Shown: positions 1 through 7,143 of the stretch, piece by piece
Layout: each line of letters starts with the position of its first letter
Position numbering within the stretch: position 1 is the first letter of the stretch
Program-made: the position numbers and the translations under genes
DNA from: Oligoflexus sp.
Lineage (GTDB): Bacteria > Bdellovibrionota_B > Oligoflexia > Oligoflexales > Oligoflexaceae
Direction: 5' to 3'
Assembly (NCBI GenBank): GCA_041736305.1
Contig: JBGSTX010000115.1
Span: forward strand, 1 to 12,413
DNA length: 12,413 nt
Notes under the pieces: generated by a model
Databases searched by the model: none
Told to the model about the DNA's origin: nothing
What the model saw: the letters and a program-made list of their open reading frames with translations, nothing else

Positions 1-35
1 TAGAGTTCAACTAGCGAATTTGCGAGGATTACCGA

Positions 36-395
36 ATGTTCAAACTGTTGGCCAAGCCTCTTACACGTGCAGAGCAAGAGCAGCTCATTCAAGAGAAGCT
101 TGCGTGGATCTTAGGAGCTTGTCAGCCGAGCAAAATTATCTTGTTTGGTTCGGCAGCTAGCTTGGCAATGACCGATGCATCAGACATCGATATGGTTCTC
201 ATTTTTCCAAATGATCAGGATCTTTCGGCGACGAAAATGGCAGTTTTTAAAGCACGCCCCAAGGAAGACTGGCCTCAGGACCTGCTTTTTTATACTCAGA
301 GAGAATTTTCGGATAGCGTTGCCAAGGGTGGGGGCGCAGCATTTATCGCTGCGGAAGACGGCATCGTACTTTGGGAAAAAAAGGAAGAGAGATGA
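36..395 (+). CDS. Minimal nucleotidyltransferase (MNT) domain protein, putative antitoxin
   Basis: 119 aa with an exact GS-X10-DXD motif (FGSAASLAMTDASDIDMV) and a later DLL acidic strand. SD GAGGA at 24-28. The stop overlaps the HEPN start (ATGA, 392-395). Confidence 0.9.
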   Translation: MFKLLAKPLTRAEQEQLIQEKLAWILGACQPSKIILFGSAASLAMTDASDIDMVLIFPNDQDLSATKMAVFKARPKEDWPQDLLFYTQREFSDSVAKGGGAAFIAAEDGIVLWEKKEER

Positions 396-799
396 GTCCT
401 CGCACACAAGAACGACTTTTCCCAAAACCTTACGCTCAAGTTTTGTGGCGTATTGCAGAAGGCGATTATAAAACCGTACTCGTGCTTGCAAACGCCGCAG
501 ATTATCGGGTCGAGAATGCTTTTTATCTGGCACAACAAGCGATTGAAAAAGCGCTGAAAGCGGTGCTAGTCCATCAAGGAATTGCGATCCCCATGATACA
601 CGATCTCTCAGCTTTACTCGGGAAAATGCCAGACGACTGCCAGCCTCCCTATGGATATGAACTCAATGCGCTAAGCGAGTATGCAACGATTCGCCGCTAT
701 GAAGAGGTCAGCTGGATCCCCACCGGCGATGAGTTGAGAGAAATCATTAAGAAAACGAAAGAGATGCTCGAATGGGCGAAAAAGCAAATTTCGAGTTGA
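392..799 (+). CDS. HEPN domain protein (PF05168-like), putative toxin partner
   Basis: Motifs AQQAIEKALKA, HDL and Y..IRRY. Start placed at ATG 392 (ATGA coupling, AAGGA at 381-385) rather than the track's TTG 371; 135 aa. Confidence 0.88.
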   Translation: MSPRTQERLFPKPYAQVLWRIAEGDYKTVLVLANAADYRVENAFYLAQQAIEKALKAVLVHQGIAIPMIHDLSALLGKMPDDCQPPYGYELNALSEYATIRRYEEVSWIPTGDELREIIKKTKEMLEWAKKQISS

Positions 800-1160
800 G
801 GGCTACGTGACGTCCTCGCCAACTAATCGCTCGTCGCGTTATAGTCGGCGCTTCCCTTGGGAGAGTTCGACGTCGATTCCTCCCTCAGCGTTGCACGCCC
901 GGAACGGAGTCTTAGACTTGGATGGAGAGGTTTAACCTAGTGCGACCGTCATGGGATCATGACAGTCAGATTTGCATTCAAAAGCTCCGCTTGCGTAAGA
1001 TAGAATTGTCTATACATAATGCTGTAAAATCCGCGGTTGACGGGACAAGAGGGGGAACAAGGTGAACGGTTGCACCCAGGACCGGCCGTCGGCTGCCAGC
1101 CGCTGCGCTTTCGCTCAGAGAGCGCTTACCGTCCAGTCGTCGAGATAAACATAGATGGCC

Positions 1161-1185
1161 GCAAGCAGGGACCTGCCCTACTTGC
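1161..1185 (-). terminator. Hairpin downstream of the 1213..1650 gene, possible terminator
   Basis: On the minus strand GCAAGUAGGG-CAGGU-CCCUGCUUGC forms a 10-bp stem with one U.G pair, 27 nt after the stop. The U-tract is weak and delayed. Confidence 0.4.
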
Positions 1186-1212
1186 ATGTGGCCTGAGCGA
1201 ATTAACTGCACG

Positions 1213-1650
1213 TCAGTTGCTTATGGTGATGCCGACTTCCGGCTCTCTACAATGGACTTCGATACCAGGTAAATGACCAAGCGAAGAGATGACTGCGTCT
1301 TTATTAGACTGGACGATCTGATCTTCTGAAACCTGAGACATTCTACGATCAAAGATTAAGCCGAAGTAAAATCTATTTTGCGGATCTCCCACTTTTATAA
1401 ATGACTGAACGAACTCAATCCAACGTGTTCCAATGGAAGATGATGTAGCGCTTGGATCGGATTCGTTGCCTTCTACATGAAACCCATTTGTTTCCACCAG
1501 CTCAAATGCCGTAAGAAGTGTGGGGATATCGACTTTATCCCCGTAAACGGTGACATACCACTGGTCCGTGCTACACGTGCTAGACGCCCCATAGCTAAGA
1601 GGGACAGATAGGCACATAGACGTAAGAATACATAAGGCTAGTTTCTTCAC
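1213..1650 (-). CDS. Secreted hypothetical protein
   Basis: GTG start with strong SD (AAGGAG). Sec-type signal peptide MKKLALCILTSMCLSVPLSYG/A. Cys near the mature N- and C-termini. No recognised domain. Confidence 0.8.
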   Translation of the reverse strand: MKKLALCILTSMCLSVPLSYGASSTCSTDQWYVTVYGDKVDIPTLLTAFELVETNGFHVEGNESDPSATSSSIGTRWIEFVQSFIKVGDPQNRFYFGLIFDRRMSQVSEDQIVQSNKDAVISSLGHLPGIEVHCREPEVGITISN

Positions 1651-1891
1651 AATTATCTCCTTTTTCGCCAGCGTATCTCTGCATTCAAGCCGATGGCATT
1701 GATTGAAATAGCTATAGAATACAGGAAACAGTTTTGCATGAATTTCTCGATTTCTTTTGGCTCTTGGGACTGAGCCTTATTAAGCCTTTAGATCAAGGTT
1801 TGCAACTGATACTGCTAGCAGGTTTGATCTATGTTGTTGACGAACAACGGGCCTTTTTTGAAAACACTCCGCTCATCCGAACTTCCACTTT

Positions 1892-2263
1892 TTACCTTTG
1901 CAAGCGACACCAGAGGTACAGGCCGTCATCTGCCCTAACTGCATAAAGCGAAGACCCAGGATCTTGAATAGAGGTCGTTCTATCGTCGACGATGAGCTGC
2001 AGCATGTCGATCGGCTCGATAGAATTTCCAAGTAGATAGTGCACTGCGATCGTGTGGCCCGCATAAGAGATTGGATCATCGAAAAACATTTGATTGTTCG
2101 CTTGTATGACAGGGGCGATAGCTACCTTCTTTTCGCCATTCACCTGCAAGCCGCAGGTCAGCGAGGGTTTCTGCACAGTTCCTTCTGCACGAGCTACGTA
2201 ACTTGACCACGAACTCATTGCGAGAAGCAAACTTCCAGCCTTGAAAAGCGCCTTTGATTTCAT
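1892..2263 (-). CDS. Secreted hypothetical protein
   Basis: ATG with SD AAAGGA. Signal peptide ending ARA|EG. Beta-rich mature part with one Cys near each end (LTC...LWC). Confidence 0.8.
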   Translation of the reverse strand: MKSKALFKAGSLLLAMSSWSSYVARAEGTVQKPSLTCGLQVNGEKKVAIAPVIQANNQMFFDDPISYAGHTIAVHYLLGNSIEPIDMLQLIVDDRTTSIQDPGSSLYAVRADDGLYLWCRLQR

Positions 2264-2597
2264 AGATTTTCCTTTGTTTGAGAATTGATTTTGATAGTTT
2301 CAACGCCAAGGCCAGGTATAGGCGGCTGGCCGAGGTATGTACACTGAGTTTCGCGGACGCACGACAGCCACCGTTCTTTCAGCGAACGCTTCCCTGGTCA
2401 AGCGAAACGACATATACAGGCTGCTTAGACATGAGCTATTTAAGCATAGTCAAGACGGCAGATAAACCTTGCTTCGAAGGCGCACATTCTTTTATGACTG
2501 CGCAGGCAACTATTAAACCTTGTGGAAAGCACTGCAAATTGGGTTAAGCAAGCGCATGAGTCCGAGTATTCCGAACAAGTCTATCGAGGTTTTGCAA

Positions 2598-3470
2598 ATG
2601 GATGGGACCACTTACCAGATTATCGTCGAAAGCACGAACGTAGCTCAGCTTCTGGAGCAGCTGCTGGCCCAGTTGCGTAACACACGCAAGAATTTTTCTC
2701 TTTCGGACCTTTGTAAGCGTAGTGGCCTCGCATCGAAAGGCTACATCTCGGAAATCATGCGTGGCAAGCGCTTGCCTAGTCCCGAAACGGCTCAAGCCTT
2801 AGCCAAAGGCCTCGGCCTTAAAGGTGTGGCTGTTACTTATGTCGTTGCCCTAGCCGAAAGAGATGCTGCTAAAAGCGAAGCTGAGAGAGCTCGTCTAGAC
2901 GAAAATCTGGCCAAACTCCGAAAGGCGATTGAGGTGAAGGTCGCCCCTTTAACTGTTGAACACCACCTTTTTGGCTTCTCGATCGAAGTTTTCTGCGCCT
3001 TCGGCCTATTCCAAGGCCGACCTGCACGTTCTGACCTCATTCAGTATTTTGGTCGGGATCGTGCTCTGGAAATTGACCGTGCTCTCTCAGGTCTTGAGAA
3101 AGCTGGCTTCATTGAAAAGGAACTTCATGCTGAGGCCGAAAATTCTTGTCGCTCAGACCCCAGCTATAATCTTATTAACTCCGCCAACCACTACGTCTTT
3201 AGAGAAGATAGCAAAGAAAAACGCCATCTCGAAATTCTTCGCCAAGCGATCGAGGCGAGTTCGCAGGTCGCCCATTTGTGGTTCCCGCGTAAGGTTGATA
3301 GTCACTTTGAGGCTACGATATTAAGTGTAGATCACAGTTTTTATCGATCGGCTCTGCAGAAATTTAAGGCTGATCTACTCGCCTGGGAGGCGAGTCTTGA
3401 GACTTCCCAGGCAGATAGTCTGGTCAGGATAAATTTGCAAATTCACCCCTTAGGCGCTCCTAAAGCATAG
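2598..3470 (+). CDS. TIGR02147-family / DUF4423-type HTH protein, putative transcriptional regulator
   Basis: N-terminal XRE-like HTH (FSLSDLCKRSGLASKGYISEIMRGKRLPS), a central wHTH-like segment (EIDRALSGLEKAGFI) and C-terminal LVRINLQIHPL, as I recall for this family. Start placed at ATG 2598 (SD GAGGT 2586-2590); 290 aa. Confidence 0.8.
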   Translation: MDGTTYQIIVESTNVAQLLEQLLAQLRNTRKNFSLSDLCKRSGLASKGYISEIMRGKRLPSPETAQALAKGLGLKGVAVTYVVALAERDAAKSEAERARLDENLAKLRKAIEVKVAPLTVEHHLFGFSIEVFCAFGLFQGRPARSDLIQYFGRDRALEIDRALSGLEKAGFIEKELHAEAENSCRSDPSYNLINSANHYVFREDSKEKRHLEILRQAIEASSQVAHLWFPRKVDSHFEATILSVDHSFYRSALQKFKADLLAWEASLETSQADSLVRINLQIHPLGAPKA

Positions 3471-3851
3471 CAGCCTCCACTGTCATCAAGTCGCTTGGCA
3501 GCGGGTGCGAAAAAATTCGCCTATCTCAAGGAAGTGGGTAGTTTCTTTCAAGCTCTGGAACCTGATCTGGCTTTGCCTTTCGCAGAATTCGCCAAGAAAT
3601 ATGAAATTGAAATCTTAGCCGCAGCTTTTCGCCCATTTTGGTTGGGTTGTGGTTATCAATATTTTGAAACCCTCCCCGCTCATGCACGCCGGACAAACAG
3701 ATGAGGAATCGATTCGAATACTAGCTTCTGACATTGCTGCTCTAGGAGGCCGACTTCTCGAGTCAATCATCCCCCCAATCATAGGAATGCAATCTGAGCC
3801 ATTTCTTATGTCCTTATTACTCGATTTTCTGCTTTTGTGGACACGAACATA

Positions 3852-4598
3852 TTAGACGTTGCCGAAGCCACCGTCCGCGAGAATATCAGCGCCAGCGATA
3901 TAACTTGAGTCATCGCTGGAAAGAAATAGTGCAACTTTTGCCATTTCCTCGGCACTGCCAAATCTATGGGCAGGAACCATTGACTTCATATGATCGGAAA
4001 ATCCAGCCACTTGCTCGGCCGGCATCCCCATCTTGCTATAAATAGGAGTTTCAATGGGTCCCGGAGAAAGCACGTTGAATCTGACATTCTCGACTGGTAT
4101 TTCCGCGGTCCATGAGCGCGCTAAACTGCGAACGGCTGCCTTGGTTGCTGCATATACCGAAGCGCCCGCCATGCCTTTGATAGCAACAACCGAAGCGTTC
4201 AGAACAACCGTGCTTCCCTTTTTCAAAATTGGAAGTGCCTTAGCGACGGTAAAATAAAGACCACGAACATTGGTATCAAATTGATTGTCAAAAAAGGCTT
4301 CATCCGATTCCAAGGTAGGCCTAAAAAGGGCAACTCCGGCATTGGCAAATAGGATATCTAATCCTCCATAAGTGGAGTGAATATGCGCATAGAGGGCTGT
4401 CAGTTGTTTGGTATCGGAAACGTCGGTTTGGACGACATCAAACTGTGCTCCCAGTTCGGCTTTTGCTGCTTTGAAGGTTTCTGTCGAACGGGCTGTGATA
4501 ATGACCTTAGCCCCTTCAGCTTTGAAAAGCTTTGCCGTCGCGAGGCCGATACCTGAGTTTCCGCCTGTAATGAGAGCGATTTTACCATTCAATTTCAT
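3852..4598 (-). CDS. Classical short-chain dehydrogenase/reductase (SDR)
   Basis: TGGNSGIG Rossmann motif, NAG, catalytic YAATK (YxxxK), PGPIETP and C-terminal DGG. SD GGAG. 248 aa. Confidence 0.96.
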   Translation of the reverse strand: MKLNGKIALITGGNSGIGLATAKLFKAEGAKVIITARSTETFKAAKAELGAQFDVVQTDVSDTKQLTALYAHIHSTYGGLDILFANAGVALFRPTLESDEAFFDNQFDTNVRGLYFTVAKALPILKKGSTVVLNASVVAIKGMAGASVYAATKAAVRSLARSWTAEIPVENVRFNVLSPGPIETPIYSKMGMPAEQVAGFSDHMKSMVPAHRFGSAEEMAKVALFLSSDDSSYIAGADILADGGFGNV

Positions 4599-4630
4599 AG
4601 GAGCTCCGCTTTGGTGAGTTACTTCCTTTT

Positions 4631-4646
4631 TGAACCGATAGGTTCA
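4631..4646. promoter_or_regulatory. Putative TetR operator 1 (TGAACCGATAGGTTCA)
   Basis: TGAACC-N4-GGTTCA palindrome between the divergent SDR and TetR genes, with a near-identical copy at 4682. Confidence 0.75.
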
Positions 4647-4681
4647 GACTAACACAATCGGCAGAGGCGGCTATTAAATAG

Positions 4682-4697
4682 TGAACCGATCGGTTTA
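4682..4697. promoter_or_regulatory. Putative TetR operator 2 (TGAACCGATCGGTTTA)
   Basis: 14/16 identical to operator 1. Contains the perfect palindrome AACCGATCGGTT and overlaps a TAAAAT -10-like hexamer (4696-4701). Confidence 0.75.
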
Positions 4698-4715
4698 AAA
4701 TGTTATGTAAAGAAA

Positions 4716-5258
4716 ATGGGAAGAACTAAGGTCTATAATAGAGCGGCACTTTTGAATAAAACGACCCAGTTGTTTTGGAAGAAGGGTATTGCCGAAACGA
4801 GTTTGGCGGATATTGAAAAGGCCACTGGGGTGAACAAATCCAGCCTCTATGCAGAATTTGCTGACAAAGATGATATTTTTGTCGCAAGCCTTGCCCATTA
4901 CGTCCAGACCAACGGAGTCTATGAGGTTCTTTCCGGGCTGCCTCTGGGAAAGTCTAACGTGATTGCATTTTTAAAATTGGGCAAATCCTGTGCCGGTCAA
5001 AGAGGTTGCTTCGTTGTTAACTCGCTGCGTGAATCAGCCATTTTGCCGGCAAAAGCCAAAGATTTCATACAAGCTCATTTGAAGAGTGTAAAAGCAAAAC
5101 TCATAGCCAATATTGAAGCTTCGAATTGTGCAGCTTCCGCTGAAATTTGCGCCGAATTAATTCTGACCTTTAACGCTGGCCTTTGTCTTGAGTTAAACGC
5201 GACCAAAGCTCCTCAGGACGAAAAGATTCTTGCATTTATTCAAGCGCTGAATCTGTGA
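4716..5258 (+). CDS. TetR/AcrR family transcriptional regulator (NemR/ComR-like)
   Basis: MGRTK start, FWKKGIAETSLADIEKATGVNKSSLYAEFADKDDIF HTH and GCFVVNS motif. Divergent from the SDR. Confidence 0.95.
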   Translation: MGRTKVYNRAALLNKTTQLFWKKGIAETSLADIEKATGVNKSSLYAEFADKDDIFVASLAHYVQTNGVYEVLSGLPLGKSNVIAFLKLGKSCAGQRGCFVVNSLRESAILPAKAKDFIQAHLKSVKAKLIANIEASNCAASAEICAELILTFNAGLCLELNATKAPQDEKILAFIQALNL

Positions 5259-5473
5259 CGGGACATCCTTAAAGCAGACACTTAGCAATAAGTGAAAATC
5301 CTCCCTAATGTCCACAGTCTCTCTCCAACTCCCCCAACTTCCTTTAAATATAGGACGAGCGCCGCTGAAACCACCAGAGCTATGTGTGAGGATGAGCGTA
5401 GGACGAGCGATGCAGACGATTTCAGCCAAGGCGTACGGACGATTGTTGCAGGAACTTCCCAAAAAGTGAAACG

Positions 5474-5518
5474 CCAAAGGCCCTGTTGCAAGCAACAGGG
5501 CCTTTGGTGGTTTTCTTT
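5474..5518. terminator. Bidirectional intrinsic terminator
   Basis: Perfect 16-bp inverted repeat CCAAAGGCCCTGTTGC-AA-GCAACAGGGCCTTTGG (5474-5507) with T-rich tails on both strands, between the convergent TetR and lipoprotein genes. Confidence 0.85.
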
Positions 5519-5527
5519 AACTTTGAA

Positions 5528-6472
5528 TCAGTTCAGAGTGTAAACACTTGCGGAGATAGCACCCACGCCTCGGATCGCGAGTTCGAAGTCGCCTTGCAGG
5601 GCATCAAAGATCGTGGAACTAGGATTCAGAGCCTGGACTTCTTCGAGGCTCAAGACGATGGTCTTGCTGCTGCCAGAGAAGGAGCCTTTGACCTGGCCAT
5701 TGTTGATGATGGCGTGAGCTGCTTCAATCACTGTAGCTGATTGGGTCGCTGCGGTCTTGATGTTCAGACCATACTGAACGTCAAGGTTACCCAGGGTCGA
5801 GCAGGACGAAAGCTTGATCTCAAGGTTGGGCGAACCACCGAGGTTAGAATTTTCCAGCCACTTGGCAGAAACGCTACATTTAGCAGCTACTTCCGCTTCC
5901 ATGTCCATGCTCAGTTGGTTGACGCGCAGGTCGTTGGAAATTGACTTGCTTGAGCTATTGATCTGGCTATAAACGAAATTAGCACTGTAACTCGTACAGT
6001 CCTGACCTTGTTGCGTGCAATCAGCCTTGGTCGACAGACCCAGGAGGATGCCGCTTCTTACGAGTTTGGAAGCGACGACGACGCCGTTCTCATCTTTATG
6101 CTCGAAGCGGTCGATACCAATGCCGTATCCGCCTGTGAGGTCATAGGCAGCGCCATCTACGGTGAACTGGGTCAGCTTCAGAGTACAGCTGTCCAGATTA
6201 CCAAGGAATGTATCACTTTTATCACGAATGATGGTGGCAACACTGTCAACAAACGCTACCTGAATGAAGGGAAAGCGGTTGTCCACGCAAGTTATCATGC
6301 CGCGCTGGGGCATAGCTGCGCTTTCCAGAAGGCTCAAGCTTGCCACTTCCGACATCTCAACACCAATGGTAATAGGTGCGTTGTTGGATTCTTCGCTGGA
6401 CTTGGAATCCTTTGCGTTTTGGCAAGCTGCAGCGAACAAGGCGACGGCCAGAAATAGCGTGTTGTTTCTCAC
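5528..6472 (-). CDS. Hypothetical lipoprotein
   Basis: GTG start with SD GGAG. Lipoprotein signal MRNNTLFLAVALFAAA|C (Cys17), Ser-rich tether and six further Cys. Followed by a strong terminator. Confidence 0.85.
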   Translation of the reverse strand: MRNNTLFLAVALFAAACQNAKDSKSSEESNNAPITIGVEMSEVASLSLLESAAMPQRGMITCVDNRFPFIQVAFVDSVATIIRDKSDTFLGNLDSCTLKLTQFTVDGAAYDLTGGYGIGIDRFEHKDENGVVVASKLVRSGILLGLSTKADCTQQGQDCTSYSANFVYSQINSSSKSISNDLRVNQLSMDMEAEVAAKCSVSAKWLENSNLGGSPNLEIKLSSCSTLGNLDVQYGLNIKTAATQSATVIEAAHAIINNGQVKGSFSGSSKTIVLSLEEVQALNPSSTIFDALQGDFELAIRGVGAISASVYTLN

Positions 6473-6568
6473 TTAAGTTTCTCCAAAAAGGCATTGTTGT
6501 GTAGTCCTCTCTCGACATTGAGAAAGGCCTAGTGATCTGAATCCTGCTGTAAAGTTATCCACGCTAGT

Positions 6569-6583
6569 GCACGGCTGGTGCCA
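6569..6583 (-). promoter_or_regulatory. Putative sigma54 (-24/-12) promoter of the lipoprotein gene
   Basis: Minus strand TGGCACCAGCCGTGC has exact GG-N10-GC spacing, about 97 nt upstream of the GTG. An IHF-like ATTCAAAGCGTTG (6590-6602, one mismatch to WATCAANNNNTTR) lies directly upstream. Confidence 0.6.
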
Positions 6584-6753
6584 AAGCAGCAACGCTTTGA
6601 ATTTTGGAATTTAGTGATGCCAGGGTTCCCGGGAGTTGTCTTAGACCTGGTCTACGGCTAGTAAGAATTGTCCGTAAGGAATGAATACGTTTACGTAAGG
6701 CGTGCTGTCGTCGTCTTGTTCAGTCAAGGCTCGAGTTCAGACAGCGACTCACT

Positions 6754-6784
6754 GTCAATTACCCACCTCTAAAGGCGGAGCTCG
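6754..6784 (+). mobile_element. IS200/IS605-superfamily (IscB/HEARO-type) end-like sequence, relic
   Basis: GTCAATTACCCACCTCTAAAGGCGGAGCTCG resembles the GTCAACTACCCC..CTAAAG..GGGGCTTG terminal hairpin motif as I recall it. It forms an imperfect stem CCACCT/AGGCGG. Confidence 0.45.
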
Positions 6785-6795
6785 TCGATGCTATA

Positions 6796-7143
6796 ATGCA
6801 GCTCCATCATGGAGCAAGTTCGAGATGCTTAGCGAAGGCTTTGGGTAATGCTATTAGCGAAGCAACGATCCGCCGTTGGGCGCGTTTCCGTGCGGGGGTG
6901 ATAGAGGGGCGCTATTACATTAAGGCCGGTGAAGTTTCCAGCTCTCCGGCGGCTCCGAGTGAGGAATCGATACAAGCTGAAGAAGCTGTGGAAATGACTG
7001 CTCCTAAAGGCATTGGTGAAACTGCAGAGGGCAAGAAACTTGCCGGGATGATCTTGCGACATCAGGGAAAAAGTCGGTGGAAGTATTCTTCAGCGGAGAG
7101 AAAATTAATTATCTATTTAAGTGAGACGCACCTGTGGCTTTGA
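6796..7143 (+). pseudogene. HTH-containing fragment, possibly transposase-derived
   Basis: LAKALGNAISEATIRRW resembles an HTH, and RWKYSSAERKLII resembles the start of a transposase HTH. The ORF ends where IS91-like sequence begins. Confidence 0.35.

Noticed and set aside
175-538. ORFs 175..471, 180..533 and 296..538
   Set aside because: Shadow frames over the MNT/HEPN genes.
860-884. tRNA T-arm-like words (GGAGAGTTCGA, TCGATTCC) and the anticodon-arm-like CTGTAAAATCCGC near 1022
   Set aside because: No cloverleaf, acceptor stem or CCA can be built.
1046-1104. Cobalamin riboswitch-like (AGGGGGAA...GGTGAA) or SRP-like (CAGGACCGG) words
   Set aside because: The other conserved core motifs are absent and there is no downstream same-strand gene.
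978-1276. ORFs 978..1211 and 1037..1276
   Set aside because: No SD, atypical composition, and overlap with structured DNA or the neighbouring gene.
2300-2314. Sigma54-like TGGCCTTGGCGTTGA upstream of the 123-aa gene (minus strand)
   Set aside because: The -12 element is GA rather than GC; too weak to call.
5741-6476. Plus-strand ORFs 5741..5944, 6008..6457 and 6264..6476
   Set aside because: Antisense shadows of the lipoprotein gene.
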